Origin: Saccostrea cucullata
Taxonomy: Eukaryota
DNA length: 64,000 nt
Reading direction: 5' to 3'
Assembly (NCBI RefSeq): GCF_032062105.1
Contig: NW_026927380.1
Coordinates: forward strand, 186,001-250,000
Shown: piece by piece, positions 12,501 through 27,500 of the stretch
How the letters are laid out: every line of letters begins with the position of its first letter
How positions within the stretch are numbered: the stretch's first letter is position 1
Notes under the pieces: generated by a model
What the model saw: only the letters and a program-made list of their open reading frames with translations
The model's database searches: none
Told to the model about the DNA's origin: nothing
Position numbers and translations under genes: made by a program

Positions 12501-15500
12501 CAAAGATGTCTAGCAGGGGCAAAAAATTCCAGTCACAAAGAATGGGCTGCTAATTCTGTAAAAGAGAGCTTGCTAATTTGTTTGAAGGAGAGACTGTCAA
12601 TACACCATTCAATGCATTCATCTTTCATCCTATTGTGTAAATCTGAGTACTCTGAATTTTAATTAAGTAGAATAAAACCATATTACATTATACATGCATA
12701 TGTATATTCTGTTTCTTGATCTATAAGGATACAGGTCTCTGATCTAATAAAGGATTTGAATGAAATACCATAAAGTTCAATGACATTATGTTAACTTATA
12801 ACTTTTAATTAAAAATTGTTACACAGACATATGTATGTATGTTTGGTGACAGTCATTTCTGCATGATTTTATCTCATGAAAGGGAGATATTTAAAAGGTT
12901 TAGGGATGTAAAGTGTAACAATTAGAAATACTGCATAAATTACATTCTGTGGATTAATTTAAGTAATTTTTCATAACAATATGCATACACATATCAGACA
13001 AATGTGTATATATAGACAAAGTTGGTCAATTGAAATCTCACTGAATATTTAACAATTGACCAACTTTGTCTATTTTTTCAATTGAATATTTAAATATGTA
13101 CATTCTGTATTCATAACATAGCATCATAACATGAAATGTATCATTTAAAGTATGGTTTATATACCTTAGGGTTATAAACACTTAACTTTGTTTTTGAACT
13201 GCTTTTTTAGTATCTCATTCCTCATCTCCCCCCCTCCCCACCTTTACATGAATCAGAATATTGATCTATAACTCACAGCTTTCTCTGATTAGGTCTAGAC
13301 AGGGATTACTGCAAGACAATATTTTGAGGGTTGTAAAAGTAATGATAAATATTATGACCACCAGTGAAGAACTGACATATATTTCTACACCAACAAAAAA
13401 TTCAACTCTGTATCTTTATTCTTCAAACCTATCATCATTCATTTGCATTGTTAAGCACAATTAACCTGGGAAAAAATGAATTATTGTAAAAGAGTTGCAT
13501 GGGGAATGTACTAAATGTTTCCTTAGAAACACATTTAAAGATTGACACGGTTTGAATTTGAGCTGTTAGGATGATACTTTGGAATGTTTCCTGGCCCTAG
13601 TCTTTCTTCCCATGTATCGAGGATAACATCATAATTCCGTTTGATAAACTATAAAATATGTTAATGGTCTGTGTGTCATAGAAAAGCCATCTGGTTTGTT
13701 TTAAAATATTTTCAAGAGAAATCCAGACTCTCTGCTTAAAGTTTCAGTTTATTTTATTCTGGAAGGCTGAGGGTGAAACATGAAAGGTATAATTATGAAA
13801 AGGAAAAAAATATCTGTAAAGGCTCTGCATTTATTTGTAAGTGGTATTGCAAAAAGTGTAGGTGTTTTTTCTAGGATTGCACTTTTTTGCAGATCATTAA
13901 TTTTTAATGGTGACTTTGTAAAGTATATATATATCTGTACACCTGGCAGCTATATTCAGATAAAGGTGTGAAAATTTGCCTTTTTCTCGATACAGAACAT
14001 TGTGAGAGATTTGTGGGATTGATCATCAGTGATGTGACATACATGTAGAAAGGTAGAAGACACTATAGAGACTGCATGACTTAACAGAGGGATTGGGTCA
14101 GGCAATCACTGACACACTATAATTCACTAACGAAGAAATTCATTAGCTTTGTTAACTAAGACAAAGATTTGTTTTGTATCTTTCAGGTGACATCACTCAG
14201 AAAGGCTATGAGAAGAAGAGGAGTCGTCTATTGGCAAACTATGTCGCTCACTCACCTGCAGGTAAACATCGCTAATTACGTACCTATTAATTAGGAATGA
14301 ATGTCTTTTACAGGCTTATAGTAAATGTCATGTTATTATATATTTCTGTTATTTTTAGGTAACATAATAGATTTTTTTTTCTCCAAATCGCCCATGTCTG
14401 AACTTCAGGGGGATATTAGGAAAAGAAATTAGTAGGGAAAAGTACAGAGAAGTTCATAAAGATAATTTTAGACAATATCCTTTAGTTTTCACCAATTCCT
14501 CCCATATCCCTACTTCACGCCTCCTCTAGGTCTTTCCCCTCTTGATTCACCTCAAATCTCCTCCTCTACCTAGGGATACATTCTACCCCTTTTGCCCTTT
14601 TCCTACACATCCTAGCCCTTACCCCTATTTTAATTTCTTCCCAATGCCTACTCATTCGTTCTACTTTGTTTTCTTACACATGCCTATATCACCTCAATTG
14701 TCATGTGTCTCTTCCCCTTTATCCCTATATTTAATCCAGCTGTTTTACTCTAATATCCCACCCATCATCTCATCTCATATTCCTATATCCCTCCCAAGGC
14801 TCCCATGTCATAATCATTCCACCTAGCTCCTTCTCCCCTCCACCTAACCTAACTAGCCACTCCTACCATCCTTTCTTCCCTGATCATATGTGACATCTTC
14901 AATCTTATTTTCTCTCCATCATTATTCCACACATCCTACCAATCTATGAATCTACCCCTTACTTGATAATCTCCCTAACCCCTCCCTCATCTCTCCACTT
15001 ATTTTTGTTTTTCTTGCTGATTTCTGCTGAGTGCATCATTAGATCTGTATTGAGATTTGAGAAATTCTGTCTGGTCAGAAGATAAGTATAAATGGGAGTT
15101 GACTGTTTGTTTTTGTGTATTGTAATGTAAACATTCCTAAACCTCACCAAGCAAAAGTTTGATAAGCTGCAGCCTGGATCTCGTCAGAACCCCCCTAATG
15201 GACTTACAGGCATGAGTCCCCATCTTACATGGTCAGGCTAATGAGTCAGAATTAATAATTAAGCACTGATTAAAGATTACGGCATGATTTTTCCATTATT
15301 TCAATACACAATATCTTGGTAAGATTTGCTGCATGGTTTACAGTGGTGTAACAAGGAGGTGGACAGAACCACATATGTGTTTAAGCCATGTAATTGAAAC
15401 AAGGCCTGGAGATTATTTTGTGGCCCTCCACTATTTACTTTGTTTAAAGATGCAAGATATGATCATGATGATAAGAGCTTCCTGCATCTTTGTTTTTTTT

Positions 15501-18500
15501 TTCCTCTCTTGTTGTAATGAAAAGAAAGGAAACTGCTAATTTCAGACATGGTGTTTTCTAAAAGTGTCTCTGAAAAGATAAGGTTCTTTTATACACGTTA
15601 TCTTGGAGGTTAAACAATTAGGATTTGAAATTAAATGGGATTCTATTGCGGGGAAGTGTTTGCGGTATTACGTAAATCAAGTTTTAATTTTTTTGTAATA
15701 AAAACTAACTTCTGAGGAATTGTTTGATTTTATCCGAGCAATGAACTCCCTCTGATGGTATACTGTTGGTGGCGGGGAGATTTATTTAGCATGTGTCGGT
15801 GTTTGCTGATGGCTATATGTAACATTTTCTCTCCGTGCTGTATATATTTTTTTAGCAAAGAAAATCCCAAGGTACTGCCATATTAATGAAGTTGTTAGAC
15901 TATATATTAGTGATTCTGTGATTTTTGGTGGGAGTTATGCATTTACATGAATTACATTAACATAATTTGAAAATTTACTCTGAAGGATGTGAGTACTTCT
16001 TTATAAGTGATTTCAGTAATTGATATGGATGATACAGATCTCTGATGATGGCTGAACCTCCATTAATTTTGTGTCTTAGTTTGTTTACGTCAACATGTAT
16101 TTTGGGGGGCTGAAGCTTCTACCGCAAGGTCAGTGACACGTCTAATCAATATTTCGTTTATATCAGGATGCTCTGTAATTTGGTCATTCACTTTATTATG
16201 AGGATTTAAGAAGCAAATCAGCCTCTTTGAAAGCATCCAGTAAGAAATATACAAGAAGTGGTGGTAGTCCACTTGATAATTTTTTTCTCCCATTAAATGT
16301 TTTAATGGTTTAGAACCTGTTACCCCTGCAATCTAACACACACTTCGCTTTCCCCTGTGGGATGCATGAACTTGCAGTACTGTTTTATCCTATGTAGTAC
16401 AAAGGCTGTTGATGCATGGCACAAATTCTGCTTCCTTTTTGTATCCGTGCTTTGACTTCTAATCTTTTCCAGGAAAAACCAGATTTACTCTTGTAAATGT
16501 TTTTTTAAGGGTAGGAAGCTGGTATATACACATGTATGATACAGATTATGTGTTGCATGACTTTCTTTTTTCATGGTTTTAGTATCAGGATCAATATAAG
16601 ATTATTTTACTTATATCAACACTTTTAGATTTAAATGCTTTATTACTGTAGATGGAACCTTTTGTGTTAGATATAGTCCACTCTACAAGCTTTCTACTAC
16701 ATATTTCATGCATATAAAGGTTCACACACCCCATATATTGTCCAGAAGGAACAGAATTTATTGGATTATGATCACCTGCCCATAATATGCACCTGTACGA
16801 TCTCTCTGTAGTCTGTAGTTCACCTGTTGATATTATGACAGATTATGGGGTAGTCTGTAGTCACTCTGCCATGAACCAGGGACTTGTCAGGTGAATCAGA
16901 TGACATACTAGGATGTACTGTCCAAACTGACCAAGTTTTGTGACTGCAGTGTATTAAGACATTTTTTTCTGGCCCTAGCTCTGTTAAAATTAGTAAAACC
17001 ATTGTTTATTCTTTAGATCTTTGTGAAGACAGTTATGAATACATGCATATGGTCTGCAAGTTGTTGCATATCTTATGATGGTACTTGATTATATTTTTTC
17101 TTGCGGGTAAGGGAGGGGGGAGGTATATATATGCATATGATCTACCAATTGTTGCATATTGTATTTAGATACAAATATATACTGCTTTTATTTAGGAGTG
17201 AAAAGTTTCAATTTTTCCTTCTTGGCATCTATGGAATGTAGTATATGCTAGCTATTAATAAATAGTTTTGGCCTGTTGTCCCATTAGTAAAAAACACAAC
17301 TCCAGACCTGTGATGATTACTTAACAGAGTGTCTGGGAGATAGATAAAGTTGTGTGTGCAGATATTTTGCCAGACTGAGAGATACCATGCACTATAACTG
17401 GGCTTACTGAATCATCTTATTGCATAATATTTTCATTCAGATTTTTGTTTAGAAAAAAATACCTCATAATGCAACTTCAAATTTATATTGTGCACAACTG
17501 AAAATTGATCCACCAGGGACCGTGGACAGATCTTTGGATTATTTGTATGGTAATAAACCAAATATGAAGAAGGAGAGCCACATAACGTGCATAAAGAAAA
17601 ACATCACCTCAGCCAGTGAATGGTTGCAGTGTGTTTTCACACTTTATTATCGATTATCATCATAAATAAACATCAACCTCTTAAACTCTCTATAAAAACT
17701 TCAGCGGATTTGATTAAAGGTTATCCACATGGTATCTATTACGCCTCTCTCCGAGACGAGACCTGTGAAAGGCTCTATTTAGTGCAGCAGACTTTCTTGA
17801 GATTTTTGATGAAGGAACCTGGATTAGCGATTGTTGATTTTATCATGTTGCTCTCATTATGTAATTATTTTCAGAGCCAAGTGCACCTAGCCCCCAGACT
17901 GCCGCGCAGAGAAAGGCTCACCGTAGGCTCACAAGGGAAGACAACCGCTACCATTCAGGTACGCCAGTTTACCTTGAGTTTGAAAATTTTTCATGAAATT
18001 ATTCATCATGATCATAATTAAAAATGAAAAGTCTCAGTGCCTTAAAAATACTGATAATTATTGTGAAATTTTTATTTATCATTTATTTTATGTAATTAGC
18101 AATTAGACTAATCAATGTATGTCTTTAAAGCCAATAGGAAAATAATGAGAGCAAATTTTTTTTATTATTCAAATTTACATGAATTTCGTGTCCCAAAGCC
18201 TCTGAGAGAGACTTCATTATTGTTTTACATAAATTTTACATGCCAAAAATGTATGACTGTTGACCTATTACTGGCAAATTTTTTGACCTAGTTTAGACAA
18301 CACTTGTTATTCTGGTATAATTAGATACAAAAATTGCTCACTACTACATTTCCTTTGAAGTAAATGTGGAAAGAACCATTCTGAAGCCTGAACAACTGGC
18401 CTAATACTTGGGAATCACATTTATTAATATAAGAAAGTCATGCCATAAATCTCTCGTTAAGGACCTAAAATTCATGAAAAAAATTACATAACTGAATTAT

Positions 18501-21500
18501 CAATGCGAATTTTTACCTTGTTTGATATTTTTTATTTCCCCCAAACACCATGTGTGTTTACGTTTTGTATTTTTTGGCACTTGCTCTGAAGTCTGTGGTT
18601 TTGAGACCACAGACGGAAGCCTCACCTTGCATTCCATTTTAAATTGATAATCATAACATCAAAATTAGCATAGGCAACACATTTTAACCTACAAACATAA
18701 CACACATGTAAGAGTTACACGGTATAGGGAAACCATGTTTTTGAATGTTACAGAAATCAGAACGGAGGCAGTGATGCAGGCACTGGCTCTACACAACAAG
18801 AAACCTGTGGTTCCACTGCCATCCAAACGGACATCTGTCCAGTATCCGGGTCAACAGCAGAGAGCCAGAGAAAGACACGGTATTGTACTCTTTATATCCT
18901 TGTTGAGAGAAAAAGGATTGGCTAATGAATCCTGTTTAATTTTTTTTTAAAGAATTTATTGAGAAAAAAGATGGGTTTTCTTGGCTTAATGATTCTTGTT
19001 TAAACTTTCTTTTGAAGAATTTGTTGAGAGAAAAAGGGATAGGTTATCTTAGCTTAATGAATCTTCTTTAATCTTTCAAGAATATTGTGTAGGAGTTGAT
19101 CAAAAATCTTTTATAAAAAATAATTGATCTTGGTGAGACTTGTAGTAGGAATACTCAGTGATGAAAATTTTTGCCTTACAGATTCATCATCAGATGACGA
19201 CGACAGTATTTTTGGTGATGACCAACACAGAGATTTTCAGCGAGGGGGTCGATATCGTGACAGTGGGGCTAGCTCCTCCTCGTACTCTGATGCCAGTGCC
19301 TCTCCCCATCACGGGGGTCGGGGAGGGGACAGTCGACCCCACAGTGCAGCCTATGCCATCCCTGGGAATACCTCCAGACATGCATTGGCTGACGTGTTAC
19401 AGAATGCCAGGCATTGTAAGTTTTACTCATTTGTCAACAAATAGCTTTTATTGTGGTTTAATGTGTGATAAATTTTCATTCTTACCTACAACTTATTAGT
19501 GTTCACTCAACAGAAAAAACTCTGAGTTCCAAAATTTTAAAAGTAAAGTATGTGTTCTGAAGAATCACATTTTAGTGGGATCAAATTTTTGTGGTTTGAT
19601 AAAAACTGGTTTGTGAGAATTTGATTTTTGGTTGAAAAATTGCAAGCAGCAGAAGTAAACATGATATTGCTGTTTGAAATTTTTACATTTCATGGAAGAT
19701 GTGAATTTGTGGGTCTCCTTGTACCATGAAAACAACCAAAGTTACCCCCCCCCCCAAAAAAAAATTTTTGACTTCACAGTGTTTAAGTATTATATAAAGT
19801 GTTTTACATTAAAAATACTCTGCTCTGTGTTTTTCCTAGCTCAGCCAATCTCCCAGCCACCTGATGTAACCAACAATGCTAAGAGCACCAGACAAGCTGA
19901 TAGGGTTGGCCATTACGCTCCATCACACATATCATCTGTCAGACTGAACAATTCAGGAAACCTCTCAGGCCTTCAGGATGATGGTAACTACACAACCATA
20001 GAAAAAATTCAAATTGTTTCAAAAGAGAGGACTCTTAAAGTGAATATTAAATGTGATGAATAAGGCAGAATTTTGATTCATTTTTTTTTGGAAATTTCAG
20101 AAATTCGACATCAGGGGAAGGTCTCAGCTAAGATACAGCAGTTATTGAATACATTAAAGGTAACAACCCACAAAAGTATTAATACATGTAGGAATAATGT
20201 GTGTGATTTTGTTAATGTAAATCACTTTTTATTCGCGAGAACTTTATTTTCACGTAATTACGCGAGACAGTGTGCTCACAAAAATTTAATTATGCGTTTA
20301 ATAGTATTCTTTAGCAATAACCACAATTCGTGAAAATTTTACTGCTACATTAAAGGTAACGTCCATCCACTAAAATAAGGTGTTGGGCATAATGTGTGTG
20401 ATTTTGTAATTGACTTAAATAAGAATTAATGCTGCTTTCTACCCTTGAAAAATATTTCATTTATAATGCTATAATGGTATTTCTCAATGTTTTTTTAGAG
20501 ACCCAAAAGAAAACCATTACCAGAGTTCTTTGTTGAAGAAGATGATGCTCTTGAAAGTAAGGAGAATGGATTTCATTCATACCATTATCTTAATTGATTC
20601 TTTGCTACATTTATTTACTGCTTTCATTTTGTTTGAATTTAATCACCACACACATTTTTAAATGCATTTTCACTTGCAATAATGGGGCTTGAATAAAATG
20701 GAAATAAAAAAAGATGGGGAAAAAAATTTCTCTGTATATAGTAGTTAAAACTAATAAAAAAGCTGAAAGCTAATGCAGGAACTGTTTTATTTGTAGCACC
20801 AGCACCTGATCCCAATGCACCAAAACCAGAAGGCAGTGTCATGTCCCCATTTCCTGGAGAACAACTTGTGGTAAGAGTTTTTGAGCAGTTGAATATTTTT
20901 TTGTTCTATGGAATGAATATGAGGAAATTTGAACTTGATTATTGAGATGTGCAGTTAAACGTAATAATATATAGAGTGTACTTTATTATGGTACAGTTTT
21001 TCAGAGCTCATTGATATAGCTAAAAATCTATGTTCAATTCTATTAGTCCTATGAAGTCCATATTAAATTGAATTTTTTTTTCAATTAATGCTTTTAAAGC
21101 TCTCCTTCATGTAAAGACAAATCTATGCATACATATATACTTGTAGTAAAATAATAAAACATAGTATTTCATAATTAATTTCTATATATTTGTCAATATA
21201 ATCTATGTTCTACCTGTATTTTTATGTATACAATAAAACGTCAGTTTTATTTTGATGTTTGTTTCATCATCCCTTTATAGATACCAACAGGTTTGCCTCG
21301 TAATTTAGAGTCAGCATTACAAAGATATGGATCATCTAGTTACAAAGCTAATGCTGTGACTGTCCTAGACCAGAACGGAAAACCATCCCTCACACTTACA
21401 TATGGTAGGTCATTTAGAGTCAGCATTACTGTATGGTATGTGGCATAAATAGCAAGCATGGTTAAGGTCAAGATCTAGTAAATGAAAGGTGCCTACAGAT

Positions 21501-24500
21501 TTATCAACTTGAGAAATAAATTCCTTTGTTGATGCTTTACAACTTTAGCTTGGTCACATAACCTTGCATAATTTGTAGGTAAACTGCAAAACTGTATTTT
21601 AAACTGTCATTTTCAATGAAAAATTAAGAAAACCAGTTATGAATATGGGAGTTTTTTTCGTATTCGGCAAAGGAAATGTATCCAGATTGCCTACAGTCTC
21701 TCAGAAAACGGTAATTACAATGTAGTACGTTTATGGCCTCTTCTGTAAATCAGTATCAAATTTAATATAGGTATCCGGTTTACTTTTCAGATGATTTCAA
21801 ATTGAATGACATGAAAAATTTTCACATAATTTCTAAAATAAATAAGTTGAAATTGATTATTCATAATGGATCTAGCACCAAAAAATTAGTCTCAAGTTAT
21901 TTAAAGTTCAACTGTGAAACAAAAAAAAACTTTGATAAGGATTCAATATAGTGAAGTTTAAAACTTAAGAAAAAGTAGATGAGTCTTAAAAATTACTTCA
22001 ACTTATCCATGGAATTTGAGATATCGGTGTTGAGGTACTCAAATTCAACTGTAGTAATAGTATGTAACTTACTGAAACCTACATTTATGCTTACCACTGA
22101 CACAATCATTGTTAACTGCTTATGATTTGTAACTTAGACAGCATCTGTCCCATAAAAATGAGTTTAAAAAATCATTAACTAAACTATCATTCTGAAATTG
22201 TTTAGATACACATTTACAGGCACCTTTACTTATCAACAATAAATCTTTTCCACAATAAAAAGCCAAATATGACAAAGGCTTTATTGATTTTAGTTATGTA
22301 TTATTTGCTGGTACAATGATGTGTTTTAATTAATTTTTTTGCAGGAAAACTGCTGGCCAGAACCCAGAAAATAGCTTACAACATGTTACAGAAAACAGGT
22401 CATAAAGGGGAAGGTGGAATTAAACCCAATGACAGGGTAGGTGTTACATTGGTATTAGACATTAGATGCTACTAAATGGTTTGCTTGAGTCACCCATTTA
22501 TATTTATTTAACCTTCTTGATGTGAATTCCATATTTAGGCAAATAAAATGTGATGTTAAGACCTTGTCTGTCCCCTTTTGATAAAAAGATGCTATTGTTG
22601 TGCAGTAATATACGCAACCGCAAATGTGAACATGGTGATGTTGCATGAACTCTTAGATCTTGTGTATTTTGTCTGTTCTGGAATGACTGATTTGATTTAT
22701 TCAAAATATATGCTTAATTTATATAGCCTGGTAATTTTATTTTTTCCATTTCAAAATTCACTGACCAATTAAGTCTATGATTGGTATTAATGGTATGTGT
22801 TTTACAAGTTACTTAGTATACAGTGTTTCATTACTTTTTTCAGGTGGCTCTCGTTTATCCAAACAATGACCCTATATCTTTTATCAGTGGATTTTATGGC
22901 TGTTTACAAGCAGGTGTAGTGCCTGTACCTGTAGAAGTCCCATCGTCCAGAAGGGTAAGTCTTTCTATCAGAAGGTCTATCTGTGAAACTTTGTATTTCC
23001 AGCCAAAATGTTAATTCTTAAAAGGAAAATTATTTTTACATTTATTCAAGAAATTACCAAAGCTATTCTTAGAGAAATCTGAAAGATTATTAAAGAGACA
23101 CATTTGCATGTACTTATCTTGGTTTACTTAAAAATAAGTGAAACTTTTCCCCTTTAAAGGATGCAGGAGGGCAGGGTATAGGGTTTTTATTGGGCAGTCT
23201 CAATGTAAAATGGGCCCTCACCTCAGAGGCGTGTCACAAAAGTCTGGCCAAGACGGCCAGTGGAGAAGTCGTACAGTTTAAAGGTGAGTTGTTTTCATTA
23301 CAAAAGATATGTCCAGTCACTAATTGTTAAAATTTTTATTGAGGAGTAGAAAGCTCTAACTTAAAAAAAAAAATTATCAAGTATAGTTTGAATGATAAAA
23401 AATGCATTTACTCTGTGTATTTGTTTCGATGGATGAGTTTTGGATTTAAGGTTGGCCCAAGCTGAGCTGGTTGGTCACTGATAGTTTAAACAAGTCTTCA
23501 AAAGACTGGCAACCCCCTCCTAAACAGTCAGAGGATATTCCTGCCTATGTAGAGGTAGGATTCAGAGTAATTTACCAATGAGGGATACAAAGTACATTAA
23601 AATTCATTTGGAATCATTTTGTGCATGTGATTAAACCATAAATTTGTCGGATTGTCTTGTGGTTAACCGATTAGCAATTTTGTAAATGATTGCCATCCAT
23701 AGTGCAAATGAATCTTTTTTTCAGATTATCAATTTCTTATATGTAAAGGCAATATATTGAATATTTCAGTACACACAAAGTAAGGAGGGAAGTACAGTGG
23801 GTGTGACAGTGACTAGAAATGCCATGTTGTGTCACGCTAGGACCCTCACACTAGCCTCTAATTACACAGAGGGTGAGTCAGGAAATCCTGTGATTTTCCT
23901 TGTGTTATGGCACTTTAAGGGCCAAAAATAAATGTATGACTTGTAGCCATCTGAAATGGAAAAAAATGAAAGGACACTATACCTGTAATTATGAAGTTAT
24001 GAAAGGAAAAAATTTCAAAAAAGGTATTCTCTTTCCAGGTGAAGTTATGGTCTGTGTTTTAGATTTTAAAAGAGATGTGGGTCTCTGGCATGGTATATTA
24101 TGTGTAAGTATAAGAAAATATAATTAAGCTTAGAGGGACAAAAAACTTGTCATCATCTTAAGTTGTCTTTAATTTGGTACCTTTATGTTCATTGAAAAGT
24201 TTATTTATTTACATGTATTTATTTTTGCTGATTTCAGAGTGTGTTTAATGGCATGCATGTGATATTTATTCCTTATTCCTTGATGAAAGTTGATCCAGCC
24301 TCATGGATGAAAATGATCACCAAATACAAAGGTATCATACTAAAACATGTATGATTAATATGATTGCAGTTCGTTTCAGTTCCTGAACTGTTTCGTAAAG
24401 GAGTACTACTATTTTTACAAGACTAGCAGCAAAAAAAGTTTTTAAAAAAAAAACTTATGCATATATTACATGCACATGTATAAAAAAAGAATATTAATCT

Positions 24501-27500
24501 TTTAATTGCAAAAAATCAAGCTCATTTTCAAAACTGTTTTATTTTGACAGCTTCAATAGCTATAGTGAAGTCCCGGGATATGCACTGGGGACTTCTAGCT
24601 CAGAAGGATCACAAGGACATTAGTTTTGCCACACTGAGGCTTTTGTTAGTAGCGGATGGAGCTAATCCATGTAAGTCTGACAAAGGCAATGTTGTGATGT
24701 AATGGAGATATATGTCAACCTTTAAAGATAGTTTCAGCACAGTGTACATGTATTATAGAGATTATTATTGATGGATTCAGTTAAATAATTCTTGCGTATA
24801 TTAGTATTTCTATGGATTATATAAAGCAATCACCACAATTCGTGAAAATTTTGTCGCGCTTATAAAAAGGCAATGACTACAGTAAGGTGTGAAAAAATAG
24901 TAAGTTATAAATCACCTGATTTTTAAAAAATTTTTTTTTGATGGGAAAGGAACTCTGTGATAGGGGAGATAATTTTAAGTTGATACTTCACTGATTTCCT
25001 CTTTAGCAATGATTAGTCCCAAACTTTGCAATTCCATCTTATTTTTGCGAATATTTTGCAAAGCCTGTCGCAAATGGACGGTTTCAAGAGTTTATTGCAC
25101 CATTAAAATAAAGGCGAGTAATTTGATTTCGTGTGTTTTGAAATTTGATAATTAATTCCATGCTTATATTTAGGAATCTACAGTATTGAATCTGCTTTAA
25201 TTTTATTTACATTGTATATAAAAAGACAATATCTTAGATAAAAAGACATTTTAAGATGGTCATTTATGCTATAAGAAAACATGGTTGTTCAAATTTTGAC
25301 AAAACATTCTGTTTATTTTTAAAGGGTCTTTAACTTCCTGTGATGCATTCCTGAACTTATTCCAAAGTAAAGGATTGAAACCAGAGGCCATTTGTCCTTG
25401 TGCCAGCTCCTCAGAGGCATTAACTGTCTCAATTAGAAGGTAAAAGACTTAAAGTCTCTAAAAAGTTTACCCTTACTTTAGAGGCAAAAAAAGCATTTTT
25501 CTCAGTTAATGTGTATAAATGAGCCTTACAGAGTTTGAATTTTTTTCAGGCCGGGGCGGTCAAGTGCTAGTGCGACTGGTCGAGGCATCTTATCCATGCA
25601 GGGTCTGAGTCACGGTGTGGTGAGAGTGGACACAGAAAATAGTCTGACCTCCCTCACCCTACAGGACTGTGGACAAGTCATGCCTGGAGGTAGGAAATCA
25701 GTTATTCTGTTAATCAGAAACAAAGCATAAAACTGCAGATTGTAAAATGATTTGAGAAGCAATATCTTATTAACTTAAAAATGCCCCCTAGGTCTTTTTC
25801 AATTGAGGTGATTAAAATTTTCAACAATTTGAAGAAAGTTAAAATGTCTATTATCAAATTTCTAGTGGAAAATGAATAATTTAGCATATACTTAAGGTAA
25901 TTCTACTATACGAGGTGAAACATGTATATTTGCTTATATCTTATATATTTGTAAGGAATTTAAAAGAATTTCTCCTCATTACTCAAATTAGAAATGGTAA
26001 ACTGTGTTTGAAAACTAGCAGGGACTATAAATATGGCATATGAAAATATCTTCTTTTCTGCCTCTCAAAATTATAATAGAACAATGAATTCAGTTATAAT
26101 TTTTACACAATCGAAGACTTGGAGAAATTTTCAAATATAAGTTAAATTAATAATGAGGGACTAAACTTTCAAAATATATCAAATTATTCTGATTTTTCAA
26201 ACAAACTAGAACTGCTTTTGTTTCAAAGTGCAGATTTCAAAAAATATACTCTCTCAAAACTTTTTGTTTTTTTCTACACTTTTATTATATTGAAAATAAG
26301 AAAAAGTTAAATATAGGAAGCATATGAAAATAACTAAAATATCCTAAAAAATTAAGAAAACCTGAGAAAATTCGGATTAGGCAATATCCAGTTAATATCA
26401 AGCTATAGACCCGATATAGTATTATGTTTTTATGCAAAAAGAGCAATCTTTAAAGTTTTGAAATAGAAGTAGGTATCACATGATTAGCAACAATATTTTT
26501 TTATTCTTAATGTTAAGGAAAAAGAAATGTGACCTTCTAATATGTCAAATTCAATTTCACTGATACTATCACTTACTGATAGATTCTTGAAAATTTCATT
26601 AATTTTTGAATATTAGAAATGTGAGAGGAATCCTACCTTAAAGTAAAGTAAGACATTATTTTAGTGGTACTTTGTATTTATTTTTCAAAAGATTTTTTGA
26701 AGTTAAAATATGACTTTAAATATTATAAAAAGAATACCAAAATAACCGCCCCCTTATCGCAATTTTCTAAGTGCCTGGGGCGGTTAATAGGGATTATACG
26801 GTATCTTAGATCATACAGTTGAATATCTTTAATTTGAACAGGGATATCTCTAATACAATAGATTTGTCAAATTCAGTTGGAAGTCCCAGCTACTCATTCT
26901 TTTGTTTGTTTTGGGGGCTCCCTTCAGTTCTAGATAATAAACTTTGACCATATTTACTGTATATTTCTAAAATTATTTCTCAGGAAGCCTTTGGCACATG
27001 TCAGGAAATATAAAATTTTCTTTGTTTTTTAGTCACAATCAAGAGCTGTTATTTAAATCTGTGATTGCTTTCTGTTTCTTGGTTTTGTTTCCCAAAGTCA
27101 TCACTCAAATAGAGTATGTGTGTTGTTTACCCCTTTCAATTGTGAGTTGCATAAAATGAGATAAGGATGGGTATCCCCAAAAATTTAGTATCGCAATGCA
27201 ACATGATTTTTTCCCAGTAAAATGAAATACTGTAATTTTCAAAAATATTTATGGATTATGATGTTGATTTGTTTTAGGTTCAACCACAACACCCAGATGG
27301 AACAGTGATTACTGACAAGAAATATGTCAGGACAGGTCTCCTAGGGTTCCTGGGTCCAGTAAGCCTTTACAAAAACCATGATAAGTGATTGTTCAATTTC
27401 ACATTGTGGCATTCTTTTGATATATAAAAACTGTAAAATCTAATACTGTCTAATTTTTATGGAACTGCCATGGGTATCAATTGTGCCCATTATTAGCAGA

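Noticed and set aside
14542-14826. 94-aa Pro/Phe/Ser-rich ORF
   Set aside because: It is a by-product of the C/T-rich low-complexity tract.
15160-15245. Exon-like GC-richer patch in DIP2 intron 2
   Set aside because: The required phase-1 reading hits TAA and no compatible donor was found.
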